DNA of 64,000 nt from the NCBI GenBank assembly GCA_045542115.1, contig JAZQKK010000014.1:253646-317645 (forward strand), read 5' to 3'. This DNA is from Eubacteriales bacterium (GTDB lineage Bacteria; Bacillota; Clostridia; Oscillospirales; UBA644). The notes under the pieces are model-generated. The model ran no database searches and was not told the DNA's origin. It saw only the letters and a program-made list of their open reading frames with translations. Made by a program: the position numbers and the translations under genes. Below, piece by piece: positions 28,413 to 37,458 of this stretch; the stretch's first letter is position 1, and each line of letters opens with the position of its first letter.

Positions 28413-29213
28413 ATGCCGACAACCAGAACGACGACTCCCCCGTCGGAATTCCGGGAAGCCGTCTGCGTGAACGTAGACCGTATCTATGATTGCTGTAAAG
28501 ACCGAGACTGTATGCAGGACCTGCGGGTTTATCTGTCGGAACAAGACCAACAGATTTTGGAAAACGCCATCAGCGTAAAGCCCGGGAAAACGGAAATTTT
28601 GTGGTCCTACATAGACGTAGAGCCGCTGGCCTTCAACAACGGATTTTACACCGTTGACGTTCAATTTTTCATCCGGGTCTGCTTCGAAGTATGCCTGGGA
28701 CAGGGGCGCCCCCAACATATCGAAGGATGCGTCGCCTTTACGAAAAAGGCCATCCTTTACGGAAGCGAAGGGGGAGCCAAAATCTTTACGTCCGAATATG
28801 CACCCCACAGTTGTGACCGCAATTTGGAAGTCAGAAGCAACCGCCCCAGAGTCACCGTAGAAGTACTGGACCCCATCGTCCTTGCCGCCCACATCAGCGA
28901 CCCCTGTGACCGCTGCGGATGTGACACGATGGATATTTCGTCCATTCCCGGCTATATCAACTCCTATTTCGAAAACGACCTGTGCGACCGGGAAGGATGC
29001 CGCCGCCTTTACGTGACGCTGGGAATCTTCTCTATCGTCCGTCTGATGCGGGAAGTACAACTGCTGATTCCCGCCTGTGACTTCTGCATCCCCGAGAAAG
29101 AAAGTTGCTATCCCGACGAGCAAGACCCCTGCGGACTGTTCGGAAAGATGGAATTTCCTTTGGACCAATTCTTCCCGCCCAACAAGAACGGAAACTGTTC
29201 CGAAGGCTGCTGA
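28413..29213 (+). CDS. Cys-rich clostridial hypothetical protein, likely spore-associated
   Basis: RBS AAGGAGG; REAVCVNVDRIYDCCKDRDC...FSIVRLMREVQLLIPACDFCIPEKESC...DPCGLFGKMEFPLDQFFPP. Spore role is inference. Confidence 0.75.
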   Translation: MPTTRTTTPPSEFREAVCVNVDRIYDCCKDRDCMQDLRVYLSEQDQQILENAISVKPGKTEILWSYIDVEPLAFNNGFYTVDVQFFIRVCFEVCLGQGRPQHIEGCVAFTKKAILYGSEGGAKIFTSEYAPHSCDRNLEVRSNRPRVTVEVLDPIVLAAHISDPCDRCGCDTMDISSIPGYINSYFENDLCDREGCRRLYVTLGIFSIVRLMREVQLLIPACDFCIPEKESCYPDEQDPCGLFGKMEFPLDQFFPPNKNGNCSEGC

Positions 29214-29250
29214 GAGATGCAAAACCGCCTTCCCATCTGTTTGGAAGGGC

Positions 29251-29290
29251 AAAAAACTCCGGCACGGAGAACCGTGCCGGAGTTCTATTT
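29251..29290. terminator. Bidirectional intrinsic terminator
   Basis: AACTCCGGCACGG-agaa-CCGTGCCGGAGTT. Confidence 0.8.
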
Positions 29291-30592
29291 TTATTCATCC
29301 AAAGACAGTACGTCTTCCGGGGCTTCCCGGCGGACGGCAAGAGAAACGGTATTGCCATTCTCGGAAACCATCACCACGGGGGGACGGGGAATCCGGTTGT
29401 AATTGGAGGCCATCGAGTAGTTATAGGCTCCGGTGGTGCAAACGGCAATAATATCTCCGCGGCAGGTAGTTGCGGGAAGGGTTACGTTTTCTTGGAGAAC
29501 GTCGCCACTTTCACAGCAGCGCCCGACCACAGAACAAAGAAAATCATTTTCTTCGTTTAACCTCCCGGCATTGAGCACGGTATACAACGAGCCGTACAGT
29601 GCAAACCGGGGATTGTCGGTCATTCCTCCGTCCACGGAAACGTAATTTTTATATCCGGGAATCTTTTTCACCGTTCCGGCGGTGTACAGCGTAAGGCCGG
29701 CATCGGCAACGATGCTCCGCCCCGGCTCCATCCGGATAGCAGGCAAGGGCAAGGCAAGTTCTTCGCATTTTTTCTTCACCGCCAGGGCCACCTGGGCGAT
29801 GTTGGCGGGGATATCAATGACAGGGTCAGCGTCTACGTATCGGACACCGTACCCGCCCCCTAAATCCAAAATTCTCGCGGTAAATCCGAAACGGTCCCGC
29901 ATTTCGGCGACAAACTCCAACATAATGTCCCCTGCCCGCAAAAACACGTCGGAATCAAAGACCTGAGACCCCACGTGACAATGGAATCCGGCAAGGTCGA
30001 TATGCGGGAGAGAAAGGGCATATTCAGTAATCTCTGTGGCCTGTCCCGTTTCAATGGCAGAGCCAAATTTGGAATCCACTTTCCCCGTAGCAACGGCGGC
30101 GTAGGTATGGGGGTCAATCCCGGGCGTCAACCGAAGCAAAATTGACTGGGTCTTCCCTTTTTCCCCGGCGATGCGATTGACCGCTTCCACCTCTTCCACG
30201 TTGTCGGCAACAAAATACCCAACCCCACATTCCATCGCATAAGAAATGTCGGCATCGGTCTTGTTGTTGCTGTGAAAATAGGTGTGTTCCATCGGAAAAC
30301 CGGCCTTCATCGCCGTGGCGATTTCCCCGGCAGAAACCACGTCTAATCCCAACCCTTCTTCTTTTATTAAGCGAATCAGGGCGGTAAAAGAACAGGCTTT
30401 TCCGGCATACAGAGGCAAGGCATTTTCTCCGAAATGCTCCTTCATCGCCACAAGATACGCCCGGCAATTCTGACGGATACGGTCGGCATCCATCACGTAC
30501 AGAGGCGTGCCGTATCGTTCCGCAAGGGACAAGGTGTTTACACCGTTAAAATGCAAAACCCCGTCCTTTTGAGAAAGGTTGTTACAAATCAT
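29291..30592 (-). CDS. lysA: Diaminopimelate decarboxylase
   Basis: YAGKAC PLP lysine, HCHVGSQ, DLGGGYG, EPGRSIV, GRCCESGD, GAYNYSMASNYN. Confidence 0.96.
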   Translation of the reverse strand: MICNNLSQKDGVLHFNGVNTLSLAERYGTPLYVMDADRIRQNCRAYLVAMKEHFGENALPLYAGKACSFTALIRLIKEEGLGLDVVSAGEIATAMKAGFPMEHTYFHSNNKTDADISYAMECGVGYFVADNVEEVEAVNRIAGEKGKTQSILLRLTPGIDPHTYAAVATGKVDSKFGSAIETGQATEITEYALSLPHIDLAGFHCHVGSQVFDSDVFLRAGDIMLEFVAEMRDRFGFTARILDLGGGYGVRYVDADPVIDIPANIAQVALAVKKKCEELALPLPAIRMEPGRSIVADAGLTLYTAGTVKKIPGYKNYVSVDGGMTDNPRFALYGSLYTVLNAGRLNEENDFLCSVVGRCCESGDVLQENVTLPATTCRGDIIAVCTTGAYNYSMASNYNRIPRPPVVMVSENGNTVSLAVRREAPEDVLSLDE

Positions 30593-30596
30593 AAAA

Positions 30597-31913
30597 TCAC
30601 TTCACAAATTCTTTGTAGATGGCTTCCAGGGCAATTTCGTAATCCCCGGCATTGATACCGACGATGATATTCAATTCGCTGGACCCTTGGTCAATCATAC
30701 GAACGTTGACGTCCACGCCGGCCAATGCCTTAAAGACACGGTAGGCGGTCCCGTGGGCCCGGACCATTCCCCGGCCGACCACGGCAATCATCGCTAAGTC
30801 GTCAAAAATATCAATCTTATCCGGGTCAACCGCCTTTTTCAGTGCGGCAATGACAGCATCCCGTTCCGGCTCCAATTCTGCGGTATTCACTACCACAGAC
30901 ATCGTATCGATCCCGGAAGGAAGGTGCTCAAAGTTGATATTGTGTTCTTCTAAAATTTGAAGAACGCGGCGGCCGAAACCCTTTTGTCCGTTCATCATCG
31001 ATTTTTCCACGTAGATGGCGGAAAATCCCTTTTTCCCGGCAATCCCCGTGACGTGATGGGGCGGCTTGGAAGCCACTTCGTCGGAAGGGACAATCATCGT
31101 TCCCGGGTCTTTGGGACGGTTCGTGTTGCGGATATTGATGGGGATTCCGGCTTCCCGAACGGGGAAAATGGCATCTTCGTGCATTACGCTGGCACCCATA
31201 TAGGAAAGTTCCCGCAATTCCCGATAAGTGATACAGGGAATGGGTTCCGGGTCATCCACGATGCGGGGGTCTGCCATCAGCATCCCCGAAACATCGGTCC
31301 AGTTTTCATACAAATCGGCTTTGGATGCCCGGGCTACGATAGAACCGGTAATATCCGAACCGCCCCGGGAGAAGGTCCGCACGGTTCCGTTGGGCGTAGA
31401 GCCGTAAAAACCGGGGATAACCGCTCTTCCGGCTTCTTCCAAAAGCACCTGCAAGGATTCGTCGGTGCGTTTTAGATCCACCGTTCCGTCTTCACCGAAG
31501 AAGATGGCGTCTTCCGCATCCAAAAAAGCGTAGCCAAGATATTCTGCAAGAATCATCGAATTCAGGTATTCCCCACGGGAGGCAACGTAATCCCTGCCGG
31601 CCCGATTATTGATGACCAGGCGAATGGTGGAAAATTCCGACTCTAACGACATTGTCAACCCCAGGTCGGCAATAATGCCGCGAAACCGGTCTTCCACCTG
31701 AGAGAACACTTCGTCAATAGACTCTTTCTTCCGGGCAAGACGGTAACATTCCAATAAAAGGTCGGTAACCTTAATATCCTCCGCAAACCGCTTTCCGGGG
31801 GCCGAAGCCACCACGAACCGGTTGTCGGGGTCAGACTGCACAATAGCGGCTACCTTACGGAACTGTTCCGCGTCGGCCAGGGAGGAACCGCCGAATTTCA
31901 ACACTTTCAACAT
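30597..31913 (-). CDS. lysC: Aspartate kinase
   Basis: VLKFGGSSLAD, VVASAPGK, FSRGGSDITG, WTDVSG and C-terminal ACT domains. Confidence 0.94.
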   Translation of the reverse strand: MLKVLKFGGSSLADAEQFRKVAAIVQSDPDNRFVVASAPGKRFAEDIKVTDLLLECYRLARKKESIDEVFSQVEDRFRGIIADLGLTMSLESEFSTIRLVINNRAGRDYVASRGEYLNSMILAEYLGYAFLDAEDAIFFGEDGTVDLKRTDESLQVLLEEAGRAVIPGFYGSTPNGTVRTFSRGGSDITGSIVARASKADLYENWTDVSGMLMADPRIVDDPEPIPCITYRELRELSYMGASVMHEDAIFPVREAGIPINIRNTNRPKDPGTMIVPSDEVASKPPHHVTGIAGKKGFSAIYVEKSMMNGQKGFGRRVLQILEEHNINFEHLPSGIDTMSVVVNTAELEPERDAVIAALKKAVDPDKIDIFDDLAMIAVVGRGMVRAHGTAYRVFKALAGVDVNVRMIDQGSSELNIIVGINAGDYEIALEAIYKEFVK

Positions 31914-31926
31914 AATATTTAACTCC

Positions 31927-32679
31927 TTATTCGGACAACATTCGATTCATATCGTAAATTCCGGCGGGTTTTCCGACCAAGAATTCCGCGGCGGAGAGAG
32001 CCCCTTCCGCAAACAGGGCACGGCTGTGGGCTTCGTGTTTCAGGGTAATGGTCTGATTGTTGGTGGACACGTGAACTTCGTGGATTCCTACCACATTTCC
32101 CATCCGAAGAGAATGGATTCCAATCTCTTCTTTCGTCCGCTTGGCTTGTCCACTGCGGCCGAAGACAAAATCAACTTTTCCCCGGACTTCCCGGAGAGCT
32201 TCCGCAATCAGAAGGGCGGTCCCGCTGGGAGCATCCAGCTTTCGGTCGTGATGCACTTCCACGATCTCAATCTCCGCGTCAGGCAGAGCGGCGGCGGTCT
32301 TTTTGGCCAATTCCACAAGCAAGGCAACCCCTACGGACATATTGGCGGAGAGGAATACGGGAATTTTGGTTCCCGCCTGTTGAATCAACGCCTTTTCTTC
32401 TTCGGTATGACCGGTGGTACATAAAACCACCGGAAGACGGTGTTCCACCGCATATTGCAGCAGAGAAGGAGTAGCGGAATGATGGGAAAAATCTACGATA
32501 CAGTCGCACCGTTCGGTCACCTGTTCCAGGGAAGAGTGGCAGACGGCGTTGCCGTCGTATCCGTTCACGTCCACCCCACAGGCAAGACTGCATCCCCGGT
32601 ATCCGGCAAGGGCAAGGGTCGCAACCTCCCGCCCCATATGGCCTCCCATACCGTATACTAAAATCTCACAGGACATCAT
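31927..32679 (-). CDS. dapB: 4-hydroxy-tetrahydrodipicolinate reductase
   Basis: GMGGHMG, VDFSH, CTTGH, EVHHDRKLDAPSGTA, SRALFAEGA. Confidence 0.95.
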   Translation of the reverse strand: MMSCEILVYGMGGHMGREVATLALAGYRGCSLACGVDVNGYDGNAVCHSSLEQVTERCDCIVDFSHHSATPSLLQYAVEHRLPVVLCTTGHTEEEKALIQQAGTKIPVFLSANMSVGVALLVELAKKTAAALPDAEIEIVEVHHDRKLDAPSGTALLIAEALREVRGKVDFVFGRSGQAKRTKEEIGIHSLRMGNVVGIHEVHVSTNNQTITLKHEAHSRALFAEGALSAAEFLVGKPAGIYDMNRMLSE

Positions 32680-32689
32680 TTTTCTCCTC

Positions 32690-33577
32690 TCACACAGAAA
32701 GGCCCTGTTCCCGCATCAAAGAAAGCAGAACCGCTTCGTTTTGGGGTTCCATCGGCGTCAAGGGAAGGCGGAGATAATTTTCTCCAAATCCCATCGCCGC
32801 CATCGCCGCTTTTACGGGAATAGGGTTGACCTCGCTAAACAGGGCGTTGGTCAGAGGAAGAAGGTCTAACTGCATCTCCCGGCTCTTGGCCAAATCTCTG
32901 GCAAAGAAGGCATTACACATCTCTACGGTCTGCTTGGGCAAAACGTTGGAAAGAACCGAAATAACGCCCTTCCCACCCAGCGAGAGAACGGGGACGATTT
33001 GATCGTCATTCCCGGAATAAATATCCATTTTTCCCCGGACGAGAGACGCCAATTCCGCAATTTGAGAAATATTGCCGCAGGCTTCCTTGATGGCCACGAT
33101 ATTGGGATGGTCCGCAAGGACGGCACAGGTCTTCGGCAACAAATTGCATCCGGTCCGGGAGGGTACGTTATACAAAATCACGGGCTTTGTGGATGCGTCG
33201 GCAATATCGGTAAAAGAACGAATCAGACCGTTCTGGGTCGCCTTGTTGTAGTAGGGAGTGACGACCAACATTCCGTCGCATCCGACCTTACAGGCAAACT
33301 CGGTCAAATCAATGGCGTAAGCAATATCGTTGGATCCGGTTCCGGCAATGACGGGCACCCGGCCTTTTACCGTTTCCACGGCAAATTTTAAAACTTCCCG
33401 GTGTTCCTCGTCGGACAGTGTAGACCCTTCTCCGGTGGTTCCGGCAATGACGAGGGCGTTGATCCCCTGGTCAATCTGCCAATTCAGCAACCGGGCAAAA
33501 GTGGGATAATCCACACCGGCTTGGGTCATCGGGGTAACGATGGCGGTTGCTACGCCCTGAAAAATCGTTTCTTTCAT
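32690..33577 (-). CDS. dapA: 4-hydroxy-tetrahydrodipicolinate synthase
   Basis: GTTGEGS, PYYNK, YNVPSRTG, AIKEA, SGND, NPIPVK. Confidence 0.96.
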   Translation of the reverse strand: MKETIFQGVATAIVTPMTQAGVDYPTFARLLNWQIDQGINALVIAGTTGEGSTLSDEEHREVLKFAVETVKGRVPVIAGTGSNDIAYAIDLTEFACKVGCDGMLVVTPYYNKATQNGLIRSFTDIADASTKPVILYNVPSRTGCNLLPKTCAVLADHPNIVAIKEACGNISQIAELASLVRGKMDIYSGNDDQIVPVLSLGGKGVISVLSNVLPKQTVEMCNAFFARDLAKSREMQLDLLPLTNALFSEVNPIPVKAAMAAMGFGENYLRLPLTPMEPQNEAVLLSLMREQGLSV

Positions 33578-33602
33578 CGGAAAAACTCCTTTTGGAATAA
33601 AA

Positions 33603-33642
33603 TAAAAAAATGACAGTTTGCGCAAGGCGGCAAACTATCACA
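33603..33642 (-). terminator. Riboswitch-controlled terminator upstream of dapA
   Basis: Minus strand GATAGTTTGC-cgcctt-GCGCAAACTGTC-like hairpin followed by a T tract. Confidence 0.7.
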
Positions 33643-33683
33643 ATAGGAAAGGAAACGGCATTTCCGCACCAATCAATCTTTTG

Positions 33684-33852
33684 TTCCGATAGCGCTCCGC
33701 ATTGCTGCGACAACAAGGGGAATCTTATTTCCCGTTGCCAGAGCGACCCCGTTCCACGAGCCGTCTTCGGCACCCGTCCCTTTCTTCTGCCCCGCTTCGG
33801 ACAAGCGTTTCCCAGACAAAATACTGATGACAAAATGCACCTCTACCAATAA
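33684..33852 (-). ncRNA. Lysine riboswitch (L-box)
   Basis: Minus strand GGTAGAGGTGC...CAGTA...GAAAGGG...TGCCGAA...TGTCGC...GGAGCGCTATC upstream of dapA-dapB-lysC-lysA. Confidence 0.93.
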
Positions 33853-33860
33853 TATTATCG

Positions 33861-33889
33861 ATTATAGCATATTTTTCCCTGTTTGTCAA
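33861..33889 (-). promoter_or_regulatory. sigmaA promoter of the lysine operon
   Basis: Minus strand TTGACA-N17-TATAAT. Confidence 0.8.
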
Positions 33890-33953
33890 GGGGTTTGCGG
33901 AGAAAAAGAAGGATTTTTCAGCAAAAAACGACGTTCTTCTCTCCGCAAAGAAA

Positions 33954-34586
33954 TTATTTTCGTTTTTGCCCCAACAACCAGGTCAAAAGTTCCTCGTTAT
34001 AGGCGTAATTCCAGGCGTCGTGCCCCACGCCTTCCAAACGGGTAAAGGTGATGTCTTTGCCCAATTTTTGAAGCATTTCCACCATATCGTAAGAGTTATG
34101 AGGAAGGACCACGTTATCTTCTGTTCCGTGAAACGCCCATACCGGCATATTGAGGACCCCGGCATTCCAAGGCATCCCACCGCCGCAAACGGGGGCAATC
34201 GCAGCAAACGTCTTCGGCATTGCCATTGCAGTATACCACGTGCCGAAGCCGCCCATACTAAGACCGGTCAAATATACCCGGTCTTCATCAATGGGATAAT
34301 ACGCCTTTAATTGGTCGATAAAATCAAGGATCGATTCCACCCGAGCGGCCCAAAAGGAATCAACGGGACATTGGGGCATAATAAAAATACATTCGTATTC
34401 CCCGTCCTTTATCATTTTGGAAAAGCCGTGGACGTCCACCTTACTCAGGTCTTCTCCGCCCTGTCCCCGTTCTCCTGCGCCGTGGAGTTGCAGGATCAAA
34501 GGTAATTTTTTTCCACTCTTATTTTGGGGAGAGTATTCCACAAAGGGAAACTTCCACTCCCGTTCACGATGTTCAATACGGTTCAT
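33954..34586 (-). CDS. Alpha/beta hydrolase (esterase/predicted peptidase)
   Basis: LHGAGERG, GLSMGG nucleophile elbow, FHGTED, GVGHDAW. Confidence 0.88.
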   Translation of the reverse strand: MNRIEHREREWKFPFVEYSPQNKSGKKLPLILQLHGAGERGQGGEDLSKVDVHGFSKMIKDGEYECIFIMPQCPVDSFWAARVESILDFIDQLKAYYPIDEDRVYLTGLSMGGFGTWYTAMAMPKTFAAIAPVCGGGMPWNAGVLNMPVWAFHGTEDNVVLPHNSYDMVEMLQKLGKDITFTRLEGVGHDAWNYAYNEELLTWLLGQKRK

Positions 34587-34646
34587 AGTACAGGCTCCTT
34601 GAAGCAATTTTCAATTTTTCTTAGTTGGTCATAATAGATAATTTAA

Positions 34647-35426
34647 CTATACGATAGGATCACGACTTACATATTTGAGAACGTTCAGGCGGTTGCCAAA
34701 TGCATCTTCTTTACATTCGCTGGAAAACCGTTCCGGATGCATTAAATAGATGATTGCAACTAAATCATAGACATAGCAGCCCTCTTCCTTACGTTCGTTG
34801 GACAATTCAACGTATCTCTTTACGGCTCGCTCAAACAATCCGTCGTTTTTCAGCGTAATATAGTTAAAATCGCAAGGACCGCAATGGCAGGTGTCGAGTG
34901 TTGCAATGGAATGGTTGAATTTTACACATTCGGAAAATGCAACGGGGTCCATTCCGTGATTAAACTCATACGCTCCAAAATTTGGTCTTTCAGAGATATT
35001 TCCACCCATCATAATGACGGAGTTTACTTTACATTTTTTCAAAATATCATACGTCACCGTGCAGGGCCCAAGACTTACTAAAACATAAGATTCATCAACA
35101 CCGTCAATCCAGGCATCATAGCTCTGTATCTTTTCTGCATAACACGGTTCCTGGGGCAAAAAATCTCCCATTCCGTCCGCCCCGTGAATGTTGGGCAAAC
35201 AATCTCCATTTTGCGGAACCGAGGACGTGTCAACCAAAGTTACATTTTTAGGCAACGCCTCAATCTGTGACAAAATTCTCTTCGCATTGTTCATCGTCAT
35301 TTGAAGAGAAAAGTTTCCTCCAACCGGAAGAATATCAATTTGCTCATACTTTTCGGCATTTTTCAGTAAATACAACGTTGCTATTGCATCGTCTAGACCG
35401 TAATCACATAGTAAAGCAATTTTCAA
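34647..35426 (-). CDS. Inosine-uridine nucleoside hydrolase family protein (short)
   Basis: LLCDYGLDDAIA (variant of DxDxGxDD), IHGADGMG, LGPCT, MGG, EFNHGMDP, YVYDLVA. TTG start. Confidence 0.8.
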   Translation of the reverse strand: MKIALLCDYGLDDAIATLYLLKNAEKYEQIDILPVGGNFSLQMTMNNAKRILSQIEALPKNVTLVDTSSVPQNGDCLPNIHGADGMGDFLPQEPCYAEKIQSYDAWIDGVDESYVLVSLGPCTVTYDILKKCKVNSVIMMGGNISERPNFGAYEFNHGMDPVAFSECVKFNHSIATLDTCHCGPCDFNYITLKNDGLFERAVKRYVELSNERKEEGCYVYDLVAIIYLMHPERFSSECKEDAFGNRLNVLKYVSRDPIV

Positions 35427-35432
35427 AATTAT

Positions 35433-36563
35433 CTACTCCTTTACAGAAACAAATTCGCCAATCGCAATTTCAATCTTCTTTAACAGCATCGTTCTTGTAT
35501 TGTTTTGCAGCGTCCATTGTGTATATTTTGTGATTATCTCATTTTCAATCTCTTTTTTGACGTTACAATTCTCTTCCAAATCATATTTTTCAGCCAAAGA
35601 GAGAATATATTCCTGCGTAATGTAGTCGTTGGTAAGGGTTTTCGTTTTTCGTTGAGATTGATAATGGTCGTACAGTTCTTTGCGGTTGTTGAAAGTGATA
35701 AGAATGTATTTATGAGACAGATTGAGGTCTTCCGGATTTGAAGTTATGTTATACAGACCTTTGTATATTTGGGCAATGTTGCGGTTCAGATAGGAACGGT
35801 ACAGAAGTGCAAAATTTTTGTCGTTCCCATTCCTCAACACCTGAGTATCAAGCAATCGGATACATTCGTTACATTTAGCCAAGGCTTCGTTTAAAATTAC
35901 TTTCTTTTCGGCGTTCTCCAAAGTCTCGGCATAAAACTCATACGCCAATTCAAGCTTATCGTTCCTCATAATCCGGCACCAAGCCGCCAAATTTGCATTG
36001 CTTATTCCTTCTTCGTACGGAACGGTCAGTTTCTCCCGAATGGCATAAAAATCTTGCGGACTTAACGGTTTTGTAAGTCTTTCGGTTTTATAGAAAACTT
36101 CAAGAATTGACTGGGCACATAAAAGAACGTTTTTCGTTTGCGGATTTGAATATAACTTTCTTTTTAATACGTCTTCAATACGGGCGTATAACTCTTTTGT
36201 TTCCTCAATAGTATACGTAGCAGCCTGTATTCCGTATAACAGCGGATTTTCAAAAAGAGACATATCTTCACATTCGTAGATATCCGCCTTGTTTCCATCC
36301 CAAAAATCAATATAATCCAGCTTGTCCTTTTTTTCCGAAAACCGGTCTTTCAAGTGGTTGACGGCAACGAACAGTACAATAAACACCATTATCGTACTGA
36401 AAACATCTTTAAGAACACCAAAAAGAGAGGCCGTAGAATAATCAAAAACACAAGACAGAATCGCACACAGAATCGCAGCCGCTCCAAAGACCGCCTGCAA
36501 CACGACGTTGGAATCAATATACTTTGAATACCTTTTAAGAATTGAATTCATCTTTTTAAACAC
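35433..36563 (-). CDS. Hypothetical protein: 2 N-terminal TM plus helical (TPR-like) cytoplasmic domain
   Basis: Long AT-rich ORF with GTG start after GGGGTG; 6-nt gap to the nucleoside hydrolase. No recognised catalytic motif. Confidence 0.75.
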   Translation of the reverse strand: MFKKMNSILKRYSKYIDSNVVLQAVFGAAAILCAILSCVFDYSTASLFGVLKDVFSTIMVFIVLFVAVNHLKDRFSEKKDKLDYIDFWDGNKADIYECEDMSLFENPLLYGIQAATYTIEETKELYARIEDVLKRKLYSNPQTKNVLLCAQSILEVFYKTERLTKPLSPQDFYAIREKLTVPYEEGISNANLAAWCRIMRNDKLELAYEFYAETLENAEKKVILNEALAKCNECIRLLDTQVLRNGNDKNFALLYRSYLNRNIAQIYKGLYNITSNPEDLNLSHKYILITFNNRKELYDHYQSQRKTKTLTNDYITQEYILSLAEKYDLEENCNVKKEIENEIITKYTQWTLQNNTRTMLLKKIEIAIGEFVSVKE

Positions 36564-36667
36564 GACATCACCCCAAAAATCTCTGATTTTGAAAAGCTTT
36601 CGTTCACAACCTAATGTAAAAATTAAATTTACGGGAACACCTTAGATACGGATGAAAACTGATACAG

Positions 36668-37441
36668 CTAAGAATCTTCCGCAATAATTTTCCTCAACTT
36701 CTTCTCACAGTTTTCAAGGAATTCGAACCAAATTTTATCGTCGATAAAATCATTCCCACCCCCTGCCAGAAGTTTAAGAGACTTACCGTACGTATCGTTA
36801 TTCCACGTATGGTTGCCAATAAATACGTCCACCTTTTCTTCTTTCAGACGTTTCACAGAAGCCAGATATGCTTCACGGCACCCATCAAAATCGAATGACC
36901 CTTGAACCATCGTGTTCAACCCGGCGCCACCGAACATACCCACGCGATAGGTCGTTCCGTTCTCCTCGGTATGGAAGAAAAAGGAGATCGTTCCCTTGGT
37001 ATGTCCGGGAGTATGCATAAACTGGACCGTCGTGTTGCCGAGGGTCAGCGTGTCACCGTCATCAACGAGGATATCAGGTGTAAAATACCTTGCCGCATTC
37101 TGTACATCATCACGCCCTAAAAGTGTTTTTGCACCCGAGAGGTCAGCAAACGCTGCGGTTGCCTCGGCGTGATCCCAGTGCCAGTGCGTGTTGATGATAT
37201 ATTTGATATCCTGGGGGCGGAATCCCAACTGATCGATCGAATCCAGCACCAGATGTGCCGTACAAGAAAGGGCGGGATCGATCATAATGAGTCCTTCACC
37301 CGTGTCGATCAAATGACAAGAGGCTTGATACGTTCCGACAAAATAGACGTTTCCTACGATGCAAAAGGGACGCATTTTACCAAGACTCGGATCGACATCC
37401 ATATCATTTAGCCGCTCGTACATTTCTCCATATCGAAACAT
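36668..37441 (-). CDS. Metallo-beta-lactamase fold hydrolase, subclass B3-like
   Basis: VGNVYFVGT...LIDTGEGLIMID, THWHWDH, TPGHTKG, C-terminal GNH. No signal peptide. Confidence 0.85.
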   Translation of the reverse strand: MFRYGEMYERLNDMDVDPSLGKMRPFCIVGNVYFVGTYQASCHLIDTGEGLIMIDPALSCTAHLVLDSIDQLGFRPQDIKYIINTHWHWDHAEATAAFADLSGAKTLLGRDDVQNAARYFTPDILVDDGDTLTLGNTTVQFMHTPGHTKGTISFFFHTEENGTTYRVGMFGGAGLNTMVQGSFDFDGCREAYLASVKRLKEEKVDVFIGNHTWNNDTYGKSLKLLAGGGNDFIDDKIWFEFLENCEKKLRKIIAEDS

Positions 37442-37458
37442 AATATACGCCCCTTTTA

